From Campylobacterales bacterium (lineage in GTDB: Bacteria > Campylobacterota > Campylobacteria > Campylobacterales > QNZT01), in NCBI GenBank assembly GCA_027068765.1, contig JAMOMC010000188.1, forward strand, positions 199-64,198: DNA of 64,000 bases, read 5' to 3'. A program made the position numbers and the translations under genes. Every line of letters starts with the position of its first letter. The first letter of the stretch is position 1. The notes under the pieces were generated by a model. It had not been told where the DNA came from and searched no databases. It was given only the letters and a program-made list of their open reading frames with translations. This document shows, one piece after another, positions 32,686 to 42,452 of this stretch.

Positions 32686-32781
32686 GAAAATTTACCTTTT
32701 ATAGATATTTGTAAAATAAATATACTATCATTTTAATGATTAAAAAGATAAAATCATTTAAAAAATTAAAAGATAAAAATT

Positions 32782-33609
32782 ATGGTTATAGGTATTGTTG
32801 GATTAGGTTTGATGGGAGGCTCATTTTCATTAGCACTAAGAGCTTCTAAGATTAGTGCAAAGATTTTGGGGTTTGATAAAAATCAAAAACATTTAGAGCA
32901 GGCTAAAAACCTTGGTTTAGTAGATGAGATTGTTAAGTTTGAAGATATAAAAAAAGCTGATATTATTATCTTGGCTATACCTGTTGAGGCGATTATAGAG
33001 AGTTTTAAAGAGTTAAAAGATATATCTTCTAACTCTACAATTATTGATTTAGGGAGTACAAAAAAAGAGATAGTTTTAAAAACTCCAAAAGAGATAAGAG
33101 AAAATTTTGTTGCAGCTCACCCAATGGCTGGAACTGAAAACTTTGGACCACAAGCTGCATTTAAAGAGCTTTATAATGGGAAAATTGTAGTTTTATGTAA
33201 TATTGAAAAAAATAGCACTCTTCATAAAACAAGAGCTATCGAAGTTTTTGAAGCTTTAAAGATGCAGATAGTTTATATGGATGCAAAAGAGCATGATATG
33301 CATGCAGCTTATATTTCACATCTCCCTCATGCAATTAGTTATGCTTTAGCAAACAGTGTGTTAAAACAAGAAGACCCTAAAAGCATATTAACTTTGGCTG
33401 CTGGTGGTTTTAAAGATATGAGTAGAATTGCTAAAAGTTCACCAAATATGTGGAGTGATATTTTTAAACAGAACAAAAAAAATCTTTTATACTCAATAAA
33501 CAGTTTTGAAGATGAGTTAAAATATGCTAAAAAAATGATTGAAGATGATAGGCATGAGGAGTTAAAAGAGTGGATGCAAAATGCAACTACTTTGCATCAG
33601 ATAATTTAG
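32782..33609 (+). CDS. tyrA: prephenate dehydrogenase
   Basis: Motifs IGIVGLGLMGGS, D.GSTK and AAHPMAGTE. Confidence 0.85.
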   Translation: MVIGIVGLGLMGGSFSLALRASKISAKILGFDKNQKHLEQAKNLGLVDEIVKFEDIKKADIIILAIPVEAIIESFKELKDISSNSTIIDLGSTKKEIVLKTPKEIRENFVAAHPMAGTENFGPQAAFKELYNGKIVVLCNIEKNSTLHKTRAIEVFEALKMQIVYMDAKEHDMHAAYISHLPHAISYALANSVLKQEDPKSILTLAAGGFKDMSRIAKSSPNMWSDIFKQNKKNLLYSINSFEDELKYAKKMIEDDRHEELKEWMQNATTLHQII

Positions 33610-33616
33610 TAACATT

Positions 33617-34171
33617 TTATTTAAATTTTTCAAACTCTTCAATCTCTTTTAAACTCAAATCTACTCTCCATAAGACAGAGGTAGATTTAAACTCTCTATT
33701 TTTGTAGCAGATGCCTTTTTTATTAAAGTAGTGTTCATATTTATTGACTAAAGTGTATGGTATTTCAAATGATATTGGCAATTTTTTTATGTATGTTTGA
33801 AATTTTGCATAGCTAATCACCTCTTTTGCAGCTGCTCCATAAGCTCTTACCATGCCACCTGTTCCTAGTTTTGTGCCACCAAAATATCTTATGGTTAAGA
33901 GTGCACTATTTATAATTTTAGCACCTCTTAATATATTTAAACTAGGAGTACCAGCACAACCTTTTGGTTCACCATCATCACTTGAGTTCTCTTCAATTTG
34001 TTCTAAATGGTTTAGTTTTCTATATGCCCAGATTATGTGTGAGGCTTTTGGATGCTCTTTTTTTAGAGTTTTTAAGAGTGTTTTAAACTCTGAAATAGGT
34101 GTAAGATAAGAGATGAAAATTGATTTTTTTACTTCGATTTTTTGGAGTATTGTATAATCTATAAATATCAT
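33617..34171 (-). CDS. yigZ: IMPACT/YigZ family protein
   Basis: Motifs KSIFI, ASHIIWAYR, SDDGEPKGCAGTPSLNIL and RYFGGTKLGTGG. Confidence 0.8.
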   Translation of the reverse strand: MIFIDYTILQKIEVKKSIFISYLTPISEFKTLLKTLKKEHPKASHIIWAYRKLNHLEQIEENSSDDGEPKGCAGTPSLNILRGAKIINSALLTIRYFGGTKLGTGGMVRAYGAAAKEVISYAKFQTYIKKLPISFEIPYTLVNKYEHYFNKKGICYKNREFKSTSVLWRVDLSLKEIEEFEKFK

Positions 34172-34220
34172 TGAAATTCCTAGAATTATAATTTAAGAAA
34201 AAACAGATTATAATGGAGGA

Positions 34221-34404
34221 TTGTAATTTGTTAACTGACACTTCCGCAAATGTCAGTTAACAAGGCAAAAAGTGAAAGACCCGCATCTTCTACTTTTCAC
34301 ATTCAAAAGGAGTTGAATGAATTTGTTTACTCTGAAAGTATAAGATATTAAAGTAAATGGAAAGTTAATCACAACACTTTTATCTTATAAAGTGTTGATT
34401 TTTT
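34221..34404 (+). ncRNA. candidate structured small RNA (orphan hairpins plus plus-strand terminator)
   Basis: Four hairpins: an 11-bp perfect one at 34230-34261, 34272-34300, ATTCAA-aaggag-TTGAAT at 34301-34318, and CAACACTTT-N8-AAAGTGTTG followed by ATTTTTT at 34372-34404. An ATTATAAT box lies at 34207-34214. There is no plus-strand CDS nearby. Confidence 0.25.
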
Positions 34405-34870
34405 CTACAATCGGTGCTTTTATCGTAGATTTCTCTCTTTTTTTCTCTGTTCTTTGGTTCTTTATATCCTTCTCTTGTGCGATATGAGTTAAAAAATTCT
34501 CTTTTACTATAATATTTACTTTTTTGCCTGTAGATTTTAAATCCTTGTTGTAGTAAAAGATTATAGGACTTTCTTTTCCATTTTCAAGAAATACATAAAC
34601 AAACAACTCAACATCTTCATCATAATTTGACTCAAGTATCTTTCCTCTTGCTTTATATATTTGTGAAGTGTTATTTGTATGATTAGCAATTTGTATTGGT
34701 TTGGTTCTAGTTTGTTCTTTATTGGTTTGGACTGTAACATAATCCGCTTTTGCAGCAGATCTTACCTCTGTCTGTGAGTATATATCTTCAAAAAAACCTT
34801 TTGATTTTGCTGTACAGCCTGAGAAGATAAGTGTTAAGATGAGTAAAACTGAGATATTTTGATAGTTCAT
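34385..34870 (-). CDS. hypothetical lipoprotein
   Basis: Lipobox LIFSGC after a signal peptide. No family recognised. Confidence 0.6.
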   Translation of the reverse strand: MNYQNISVLLILTLIFSGCTAKSKGFFEDIYSQTEVRSAAKADYVTVQTNKEQTRTKPIQIANHTNNTSQIYKARGKILESNYDEDVELFVYVFLENGKESPIIFYYNKDLKSTGKKVNIIVKENFLTHIAQEKDIKNQRTEKKREKSTIKAPIVEKINTL

Positions 34871-34895
34871 TTGTGCTCCTTTTTTGTAATATTAT

Positions 34896-35897
34896 CTAAA
34901 TTTTTTTAAACCATTCTATAGTATCGTTGGCTATCTTATCTTGATTAATGCTTTCAAGCTCAAGACTAAGATTTATTGCTTTGCCTTCTTTGAAATTTGG
35001 GGAAACAAACAGTAAAATATCATCAACAATTTCAAGGCTAGCTTTAAGCATGCCCTCACCACCTTCAATCATAATGAACTTATAGTTTTTTAATCTATCA
35101 AGAGTATTTTCTATAAAAACATTTCTATTTTCAATATTAAAAAGTGGAATTTCCTTATCAAAATCATCTCTTTTTGAGTAAATTAAAATATCAGGAGCCT
35201 TTGCATCTATAAATCTACAATCCAAAGTTGGTCTATCAACTCTAACAGTATTACCTCCAATAACCAATAAATCTATTTTTTCTCTTAGTTTATGTACATA
35301 TGTTCTTGATTTAAGTGAGCTTATAATTCCATCTGTATAAACACCATTTTGAGTGAGGGCTAGCTTAAAAAATATATAAGACTCATCTTTTTGCCATTTT
35401 TTAAAAGGTTTTAAAAGTGCATCACATCTTTTTTCCAAAATTCCTTTAACAATTTTTATTCCATTTTTTTCCATTAAAAAGATGCTTCCAGTTGCTTTGG
35501 GATTTGGGTCAACTTTACCAATAACTACTTTTTTAAATCCTAAAGTTGTAATTAAAATAGAGCAGGGTGGAGTTTTTCCTTGATGATTGCAAGGCTCTAG
35601 TGTGATATAGATAGTAGAGTCTAAAAAAAGATTATTATGATATTTTAAAATATATTGATATTTTTCATTTATATCACTAATATATTTTATTTTTTTATCA
35701 CCTAATACCTCTAATGCTTTGATTATTGTGTTTAGTTCCGCATGAGCAGTTCCTGCCTTTTTATGAGCTTCTTTTGCTAATATTTTACCATTTTTATCAA
35801 GTATCAAAGATCCAACAGCAGGGTTTGGATAGGTTAGACCTTGATATTTCCAAGCCTCTTTAATGCATAAATCCATATAAAAATCATCATTAATCAA
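34896..35897 (-). CDS. ribD: bifunctional riboflavin biosynthesis protein RibD (deaminase/reductase)
   Basis: HAELNTI and PCNHQGKTPPC zinc-deaminase motifs, plus a C-terminal reductase domain. Confidence 0.9.
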   Translation of the reverse strand: MINDDFYMDLCIKEAWKYQGLTYPNPAVGSLILDKNGKILAKEAHKKAGTAHAELNTIIKALEVLGDKKIKYISDINEKYQYILKYHNNLFLDSTIYITLEPCNHQGKTPPCSILITTLGFKKVVIGKVDPNPKATGSIFLMEKNGIKIVKGILEKRCDALLKPFKKWQKDESYIFFKLALTQNGVYTDGIISSLKSRTYVHKLREKIDLLVIGGNTVRVDRPTLDCRFIDAKAPDILIYSKRDDFDKEIPLFNIENRNVFIENTLDRLKNYKFIMIEGGEGMLKASLEIVDDILLFVSPNFKEGKAINLSLELESINQDKIANDTIEWFKKI

Positions 35898-35903
35898 AAA
35901 AAA

Positions 35904-36335
35904 TTACCACTCGAAATATGTTTTCGCTTTGATAATATCATTAAAATTAACTAATTTCTCTTCTTTGTTATCTTTGTCATAAAGTAGTATATTTTTATTT
36001 TCTACTTTAAGAATTTTAGATTTGAATTTTTCACCACAAGAGAGTTTTATCTTAACCAGTTCATCTATAGAGTTTTCAAAGTGTTCTAATTTGCTTAGTT
36101 TTCTATCAATCCCAGGAGAGCTTACTTCTAGTGTGTATTCACCATTTAGTGGAGGATCTATATCTAAAATTGGTGAAATAATTTTTGTAATCTCACTACA
36201 TTTATTTAAAGATATGCCATTTTTTGAAGTTATATAGATGCGAAAAATTCTCTTATCTTTATCAGTTACAATCTCTGTATCATAAAGCGATACACCCTTG
36301 TCTTCTATGAGTTGTTTTAGTGTTTGATTATCCAT
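35904..36335 (-). CDS. rimP: ribosome maturation factor RimP
   Basis: Pattern LEVSSPGIDRKL, plus its position next to rbfA-infB. Confidence 0.85.
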   Translation of the reverse strand: MDNQTLKQLIEDKGVSLYDTEIVTDKDKRIFRIYITSKNGISLNKCSEITKIISPILDIDPPLNGEYTLEVSSPGIDRKLSKLEHFENSIDELVKIKLSCGEKFKSKILKVENKNILLYDKDNKEEKLVNFNDIIKAKTYFEW

Positions 36336-36693
36336 CTTTTTTATGTAGCTCTTTTTCTATTTTTAAAAACAGTGCATCTATACTGTTTTGTTTCTCTAAT
36401 GAGTGGTCAAATTTAAATTTAAATTTTGGGCATCTATACCAACCTTCAGCTTGTTTGCAGTAGTTTTCAATGTAGCTTCCAGCTTTAGCTAACTGTTTTA
36501 CAATGTACTTCTCATCTTCAAGATCTGTAAAAGATGGATCTAAAAAGACCTCTGCATCGTATTTCCCGCGAGAACATTTAATATCTAAAACAGGAATATT
36601 ATTTATCCTCTCATCTAAAAGAGTTGTTATGGCTTCAGGAACCAACTCTCTTAGTACAGATTCAACTCTTAATATCTTAACACTTTTATCCAC
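36328..36693 (-). CDS. rbfA: ribosome-binding factor A
   Basis: Small KH-like protein in the conserved position immediately downstream of infB. Confidence 0.85.
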   Translation of the reverse strand: MDKSVKILRVESVLRELVPEAITTLLDERINNIPVLDIKCSRGKYDAEVFLDPSFTDLEDEKYIVKQLAKAGSYIENYCKQAEGWYRCPKFKFKFDHSLEKQNSIDALFLKIEKELHKKDG

Positions 36694-36706
36694 TTTTTTT
36701 CCTATC

Positions 36707-39298
36707 CTAATCCAAAGTTGCTTGCTCTTTTACTTCTTTGAAACTCTCAAGATAATCACCAGGTTTAATATCATTGTAACCAACAACTCCAATACCACAC
36801 TCATACCCTTTTGCAACCTCTTTTGCATCATCTTTAAATCTTTTTAAAGATGAAATTTCACCTTCATATATAACAATACCATCACGAATAACTCTCACTT
36901 TTGCACCTCTGTTTATCACACCATCAGTGACGATAGAACCAGCAATTGCTCCAAGTTTTGGTACAGAAAATACTTCTCTAACTTCCGCTTGTCCAAGGTT
37001 CTCTTCTTTTATAATTGGTGACAACATTCCGCCTAGAAGATTTTTGACTTCGTCAATTAAATCGTAAATGATATTGTAAGTGCTGATAGTAACACCTAAT
37101 TTTTTTGCTTTTTCTTTAACTGAGCCAGTTGGTCTTACATTAAATCCAAGAATAACACAGTTCTCACTAGCTTCAGCTAAGGTTATATCGCTCTCACTAA
37201 CTCCACCGACACCAGAACTGATAATGTTAACTTTAACCTCTTCATTTCTAAGTTTCTCAAGGCTTCCTTTGAGTGCTTCTAAGCTACCTGCAACATCAGC
37301 TTTTAAGATAATTGGTAAGCTTTTTATATTGCCCTCTGCGATTTGTGCTCCTAAATCTTCGATTGTAACTTTTGTAGATTTAGATAGCTCTTTTTGTCTA
37401 ATATATTCTGCTCTTTTGTTTGCATATGCTTTTGCAATTTTATCACTTTCAACTGCTACAAGAGAGTCTCCAGCACTTGGCACTTGACTAAGCCCTACAA
37501 CTACACCAGGCTCTCCTGGGAGTAGTTTTTCTAATTTCTCTCCATCTTCATTAAGGAGTAGTTTTACTTTTCCATAAGCAACACCGCAAACAACTGTATC
37601 TCCGATATTTAGAGTTCCATTTTGCATAATTACAGTAGCAACAGGACCTCTACCTTTCTCCAAAGAACTTTCTATCACGATAGCTTTTGCTTTTTTATCT
37701 TTCTCTCCTTTTAATTCAAGAATCTCTGCTTGAAGTAAAAGAACTTCTAAAAGCTCATCGATGCCTTCACCTGTATGAGCTGAAATATTTATAAACTCAT
37801 GCTCACCACCCCAATCAGTTGGAGTCACACCAAGTTCAGCTAATCCAGCTTTTGCTAAATCAGGGTTTGCATCTTGTTTGTCAATTTTATTTATAGCAAT
37901 TACAAAAGGGACATCAGCGGCTTTTGCATGTTCAACTGCCTCTTTTGTTTGAGGTTTTACACCATCATCTGCAGCAACTACAACAACAACTATATCAGTA
38001 GCTTTTGCACCACGAGATCTCATTTGTGTAAAAGCAGCATGTCCAGGGGTATCGATAAATGTGATGTTTTGACCATTCTTTTCTATCATATATGCACCAA
38101 TGTGTTGAGTAATCCCACCGTGTTCACCTGAGGCTACTTTTGTAGCTCTGATTTTATCTAAAAGTGAAGTTTTACCATGATCTACATGACCCATTATAGT
38201 TATAACAGGAGGTCGCTCTTCACCTTCATTTTCTCCCTCTTCATATGAGCTTTCATAATCAAACTCATCAAGAGGATTTACCGTTGTAACTTCAACCTCA
38301 AACTCTTCAGCTAAAATCTCAATCGAATCTTTGTCTAAAAAGTCATTTTTAGTAACTAAGACCCCCAAAGTAAAAAGAACTTTTATAACATCACTGATAG
38401 GACGGTCGAGCTTTTCAGCAAACTCATAAACTCTAATATCTTCAGGTATCTCTATGTCTGTTACATTTTCACTAATAACATCTTCTTTTTTTCTCTTTCT
38501 CTTTCTTGATTTTCGACTTATTCCTCTATTTTGTGTAAAGCTACTTTGTTTTGTTGCTCGCATTTTAGTGGGATCAAATTTTTTCTTTGTAGTTTGTTCT
38601 CTATCAAATTGTGTTTTGTCTGTAAAGTCAAAATCATGGAGAACAACCATGTCATCTTCGCCTAAAATCTCTATACTAGATATATTTCCACCAGTAAACA
38701 TATCTATTTTCTGTGAATTATCTTGTTTTGCACTAGCACCTTTTTTAATTTTCTTTTTTTTCTTTTGAGCACCTTCAATAATTTGAGGCATCTCTATCAT
38801 CTTTTTTCTTGATGTGCTAAGTGTCTGTTTTATTTCTGGAGGTTGAATGGCTCTTTTTTTTCTAACAACAACTAAGCCTCTTCGTTTTTTGAGGCTAGAT
38901 TGAGCAAGAGTTTCTTTTTTTGGTTCAACTTTTTTTGGCTCTTCAGTTTTTTGAATTTTTGGTTCTTGCTTGATAGTAGGCTCTTCTTTTTTTTGATTTA
39001 TTGGGGTTTTGTCAATTTTTTCAATAATTTCTTCTTTTACTTTAGGAATCTCTTTGACCTTTGGTTCTTGTTTAGTATCCTCTTTTATGATAGGTTCACT
39101 TTTTTTAGGCTTCTCTTTTTTGTTTGGGCCCTCATATTTACCTGTCAAAACATAGTTCATTAGATGTTCGGCTTCATCCAATCCTACGGCACTGCTTGCA
39201 GCTTTGGCTGATATACCTATCTCTTTCGCTTTAGATAGAACATCTTTGGCTTCTAAGCCAAGCTCTTGTGCTATCTCACTAATTCGAACTTTATCCAT
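36707..39298 (-). CDS. infB: translation initiation factor IF-2
   Basis: Lys/Glu-rich N-terminus and a GTPase domain with [17 protein letters not shown] and NKID. Confidence 0.95.
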   Translation of the reverse strand: MDKVRISEIAQELGLEAKDVLSKAKEIGISAKAASSAVGLDEAEHLMNYVLTGKYEGPNKKEKPKKSEPIIKEDTKQEPKVKEIPKVKEEIIEKIDKTPINQKKEEPTIKQEPKIQKTEEPKKVEPKKETLAQSSLKKRRGLVVVRKKRAIQPPEIKQTLSTSRKKMIEMPQIIEGAQKKKKKIKKGASAKQDNSQKIDMFTGGNISSIEILGEDDMVVLHDFDFTDKTQFDREQTTKKKFDPTKMRATKQSSFTQNRGISRKSRKRKRKKEDVISENVTDIEIPEDIRVYEFAEKLDRPISDVIKVLFTLGVLVTKNDFLDKDSIEILAEEFEVEVTTVNPLDEFDYESSYEEGENEGEERPPVITIMGHVDHGKTSLLDKIRATKVASGEHGGITQHIGAYMIEKNGQNITFIDTPGHAAFTQMRSRGAKATDIVVVVVAADDGVKPQTKEAVEHAKAADVPFVIAINKIDKQDANPDLAKAGLAELGVTPTDWGGEHEFINISAHTGEGIDELLEVLLLQAEILELKGEKDKKAKAIVIESSLEKGRGPVATVIMQNGTLNIGDTVVCGVAYGKVKLLLNEDGEKLEKLLPGEPGVVVGLSQVPSAGDSLVAVESDKIAKAYANKRAEYIRQKELSKSTKVTIEDLGAQIAEGNIKSLPIILKADVAGSLEALKGSLEKLRNEEVKVNIISSGVGGVSESDITLAEASENCVILGFNVRPTGSVKEKAKKLGVTISTYNIIYDLIDEVKNLLGGMLSPIIKEENLGQAEVREVFSVPKLGAIAGSIVTDGVINRGAKVRVIRDGIVIYEGEISSLKRFKDDAKEVAKGYECGIGVVGYNDIKPGDYLESFKEVKEQATLD

Positions 39299-39539
39299 TT
39301 ATTAAACTCTCCAGATTTGTAATTTTTATCTCTTTTTTGCAGGCTCTACTTAGAGCTTTGAGTAAATTTTTATTTTTTGCTTCAAGACATTTGTGACATA
39401 TATAAAAACTTCTACCAAAATTTGTATGTTTAATCAATTCTCTATCCTTGCACTGCAATCTAAATAAGTCTTTTTGGAGGGATCTAGTTTGGCAGCTAAT
39501 ACACATTCTAATTGTTTTTTTAATAATATCTCTTGGCAT
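39291..39539 (-). CDS. YlxR/DUF448 family RNA-binding protein
   Basis: RMCISCQ motif. Lies immediately upstream of infB and overlaps it. Confidence 0.75.
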   Translation of the reverse strand: MPRDIIKKTIRMCISCQTRSLQKDLFRLQCKDRELIKHTNFGRSFYICHKCLEAKNKNLLKALSRACKKEIKITNLESLING

Positions 39540-39573
39540 TATAGATAAATTTCCTTAAGTATAGCTCTAAAAA

Positions 39574-40464
39574 TCAGACTAAATCGGATATAGTGTATCC
39601 CGTATTGTTAAAATTGTATGTTTTTACTCTAAAATTTACAAATTTTTCTTGTAATTTTTTTTGTAAACTAGATGCCTCATCTTCATAAACCATATTAAAA
39701 AATGAAGAACCACTACCTGAGAGTGTACTCATGAGGGCTCCATTTTGCAAAGCACTTTTTTGTACTTCAAATAGCTCTCTCATAGCATTCATTCTTACTT
39801 GTTGATGTAATTTATCTTGTGAAGCTGCTTGTAGAACTTTCCAATCTTCATTAAAAAATGCGGCCGTTAAGACGGCACTATGAGAGAGATTAAAAACTGT
39901 TTTTTGCATAGTGATATTTTTTGGCATTTTAGCTCTTGATTTTAGAGTTGACATGGGTCTATTTGGTATTACTATAACTGCTTTTAAATAAGATGGTATC
40001 TCTTTTTTTTGAGTTATAACTCTCTCATTTCTAATTGTCAAAGATGCGGTGAAACCGCCATATACAGCAGGTGCTATGTTATCTGGATGTGGTTCATAAA
40101 ATAGAGCTTTATTTAGTATAGACTCTCTTGAAAGTGTAACTCCTGCTTGGTGATATGCACTTGCGATGGCTGATACAATTACAGCAGATGAGCTTCCAAG
40201 TCCTCTTGAAAATGGTATGTTGTTTTGAAATTCAAATCTAAAGTTATCTCGTCTGCCTATCAATTTTATATAAAAATTATAAAAGATGCTTACAAATTGA
40301 TTGTTTGTTTTTAATTTTGGTTTGTTTGAGCCTTCTCCTTTTATAGAGACTGTTAAAAAATCCGATGGCTTTATGGAAACTTGGTTGTTTAAGTCTAGTG
40401 CTAGTCCAAGTGAGTCAAATCCAGGACCTAAATTTGCACTTGTAGCAGGTGTTTTTATAATCAA
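39574..40464 (-). CDS. thrB: homoserine kinase
   Basis: Motifs PATSANLGPGFDSLGLAL, GLGSSSA and GSGSS. Confidence 0.9.
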   Translation of the reverse strand: MIIKTPATSANLGPGFDSLGLALDLNNQVSIKPSDFLTVSIKGEGSNKPKLKTNNQFVSIFYNFYIKLIGRRDNFRFEFQNNIPFSRGLGSSSAVIVSAIASAYHQAGVTLSRESILNKALFYEPHPDNIAPAVYGGFTASLTIRNERVITQKKEIPSYLKAVIVIPNRPMSTLKSRAKMPKNITMQKTVFNLSHSAVLTAAFFNEDWKVLQAASQDKLHQQVRMNAMRELFEVQKSALQNGALMSTLSGSGSSFFNMVYEDEASSLQKKLQEKFVNFRVKTYNFNNTGYTISDLV

Positions 40465-40476
40465 TTCTATCTCCTT

Positions 40477-40878
40477 TTACAGTGCAGGTATGATGTATAG
40501 TGGTTCACAATTTGTTGAAAAAAGTGTTTTATCTAAATTTTTTGGTAGAGTAAACGGCACTATTTTTTCACTTTCTAATTTTTGAGTTTGGATTTTACCA
40601 TTTTTTTTTAAAAAATAAAGAGTACCTAGAGCTTTTATGGGAGAGTTTTGGTTAAATGCAAATCCATCACTGGCAAAAAGGTCTATATTTTTAGTGATTG
40701 CTATACTTTTTAGAAATAGGTATGATACTTTTATAGACATAAAGCTCCCTGGACCTTTTGTGTAGTACAAATTTTCAATAGTATATGTTTTTAAAATGGA
40801 TGCAAAAATTTTTGGTAAAACATCACTTGTTTTATCTTTGCTTTTAAATTCTTTTATTAAAATACTATTTTCATACAC
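40477..40878 (-). CDS. tsaB: short TsaB/YeaZ-like tRNA t6A biosynthesis protein (N-terminus probably extends to 40932)
   Basis: GPGSFMSIKV matches the TsaB GPGSFTGLR motif. The in-frame upstream sequence KSVDVFIISLTAPLLVG looks like the family N-terminal strand but has no ATG/GTG/TTG. Confidence 0.65.
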   Translation of the reverse strand: MYENSILIKEFKSKDKTSDVLPKIFASILKTYTIENLYYTKGPGSFMSIKVSYLFLKSIAITKNIDLFASDGFAFNQNSPIKALGTLYFLKKNGKIQTQKLESEKIVPFTLPKNLDKTLFSTNCEPLYIIPAL

Positions 40879-40928
40879 ACCTACAAGAAGAGGAGCGGTA
40901 AGTGATATGATAAAAACATCAACAGATT

Positions 40929-41813
40929 TTATGCATATGCCTTTGAAAATGTTGTATCTGCGGTACTCTCTAACTCTTTTACATAGTAATTTTCTTTAGA
41001 CTTTAAAACCTCTTTTGTCAAAAGATGATTGAGATGGTGACTTCCTGCAAATGATTCGTATTTACCGATATAAGGCATACCAAGAAGTGTTAAATCTCCT
41101 ATAGCATCTAGTATTTTATGTCTAACAAACTCGTTTCCAAATCTAAGTCCATCTTCATTAATAATCTTTTTATCATCTAAAACGATAGCATTATCTAAAG
41201 ATGCACCAAGGGCTAAATTTTTTGATCTTAGCATTTGCACATCTCTTAAAAATCCAAAAGTTCTAGCTCTTGAGATTTGATTTATATACTCATATTTGCT
41301 AAAGTTAAAGTTGAATTTTTGAAAACCAATTGCTGGATGTTTAAAATCTACTGTAAAGATAAATTGGCTGTTATTGTCTGGTGAGATTTTTGAAAATTTA
41401 TCTCCATCTTTGACCTCTATCTCTTTTGCAATTACCATTACTTTTTTATTTCTGTTTTGTTCTTGTACTCCTACTTCGTTTAGCATCATACAAAAACTTG
41501 CACTACTTCCATCCATAACAGGTACTTCGCAAGCCCCAATTTTTATAAGTATATTGTCAATTCCAAAAGCATAAATTGCTGATAGTATATGTTCTATTGT
41601 GGAGATATTGTTTCCGTCTTTTCCTATAACAGTAGCCATCTGTGTATCTACTACATTTTGTGGTTTCGCTTCGATATATGTTCTTGTATCAGTTCTATAA
41701 AAGACAATACCACTATCTACATCAAGCGGATGAAGTGAAAAAGGTACAGGCTCACCTTTGTGAAGACCGATACCTACTCCATCAATTTTTCTTTTTATTG
41801 TTCTTTGTTTCAA
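40929..41813 (-). CDS. lpxC: UDP-3-O-acyl-N-acetylglucosamine deacetylase
   Basis: Motifs MKQRTIKRKI..GIGLHKGEP, TIEHILSA, PVMDGS, HK.LD and SGH. Confidence 0.92.
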   Translation of the reverse strand: MKQRTIKRKIDGVGIGLHKGEPVPFSLHPLDVDSGIVFYRTDTRTYIEAKPQNVVDTQMATVIGKDGNNISTIEHILSAIYAFGIDNILIKIGACEVPVMDGSSASFCMMLNEVGVQEQNRNKKVMVIAKEIEVKDGDKFSKISPDNNSQFIFTVDFKHPAIGFQKFNFNFSKYEYINQISRARTFGFLRDVQMLRSKNLALGASLDNAIVLDDKKIINEDGLRFGNEFVRHKILDAIGDLTLLGMPYIGKYESFAGSHHLNHLLTKEVLKSKENYYVKELESTADTTFSKAYA

Positions 41814-42432
41814 AAATATCCTTTACAAAAGCACCAGCATTGTTTGAGTAGGTAATTTTTTTCAAATTACCATCAAAAAGCTCTTTTTCCAAAATGTCAC
41901 CATTAAAGATAATATGCCCATTTCCTAAATCTTTTACTATCATATAATCACCATCACACTGAACAAGTCCGTCGATAGTTCCGTAAACTTCTACATTTCC
42001 CTCAGCAATTACTTTTGCTGCGCTATTGACTCTGCCAAAAATTGTAACATCACCATCGTGAATAACCTCTTCACCTGAACGGATAGTCTTTTCAAAAACA
42101 AGCGTCTCTATCTTTTTAACTTCCACAATTGTAGCAGATGATTGTGAACTATTTGTGACATTTTCTACTTTTTTTGATGCTACTCTTGGCATTGTATCAT
42201 TTTTAGTAGGTTTATTTGACTTAGTAATTAGTTTTAGATTGCAATCATCAGCTATAATAAAGCATAAATTATTTTTATCAAGATACTTTGTAACTTTTGG
42301 TGTTATATTTCCACTAAGAATTAGAAAATACTCTTTTAATAAAATTAAGTTTTTATCCATGTATGGAAAAAAGTCTACTTCATTTTTAATTTGAATATCA
42401 AAAACTCTTAGGGTTTTTTGTTTTGCTTTCAT
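41782..42432 (-). CDS. minC: septum site-determining protein MinC
   Basis: C-terminal beta-helix repeats (IHDGDVTIFGRVNSAAKVIAEGNVEVYG). Overlaps lpxC by 32 nt. Confidence 0.8.
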   Translation of the reverse strand: MKAKQKTLRVFDIQIKNEVDFFPYMDKNLILLKEYFLILSGNITPKVTKYLDKNNLCFIIADDCNLKLITKSNKPTKNDTMPRVASKKVENVTNSSQSSATIVEVKKIETLVFEKTIRSGEEVIHDGDVTIFGRVNSAAKVIAEGNVEVYGTIDGLVQCDGDYMIVKDLGNGHIIFNGDILEKELFDGNLKKITYSNNAGAFVKDIFETKNNKKKN

Positions 42433-42452
42433 CTAATTGTGTCCTATTTTAA

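Noticed and set aside
34230-34261. Possible SRP (4.5S) RNA helix 8, because of a GGAA/GCAA-containing loop and a nearby AAGGCA
   Set aside because: The stem is a perfect 11-bp duplex with a 10-nt loop. It lacks the symmetric and asymmetric internal loops (AGCA/GGA-type) that define SRP domain IV on either strand.
38454-39163. Plus-strand ORFs rich in Phe/Leu opposite infB
   Set aside because: They are antisense to the Lys/Glu-rich (AAR/GAR) N-terminal region of IF-2, which is a compositional artefact. The same reasoning applies to the other antisense ORFs in the track, such as 25728-26102, 12147-12503 and 43408-43857.
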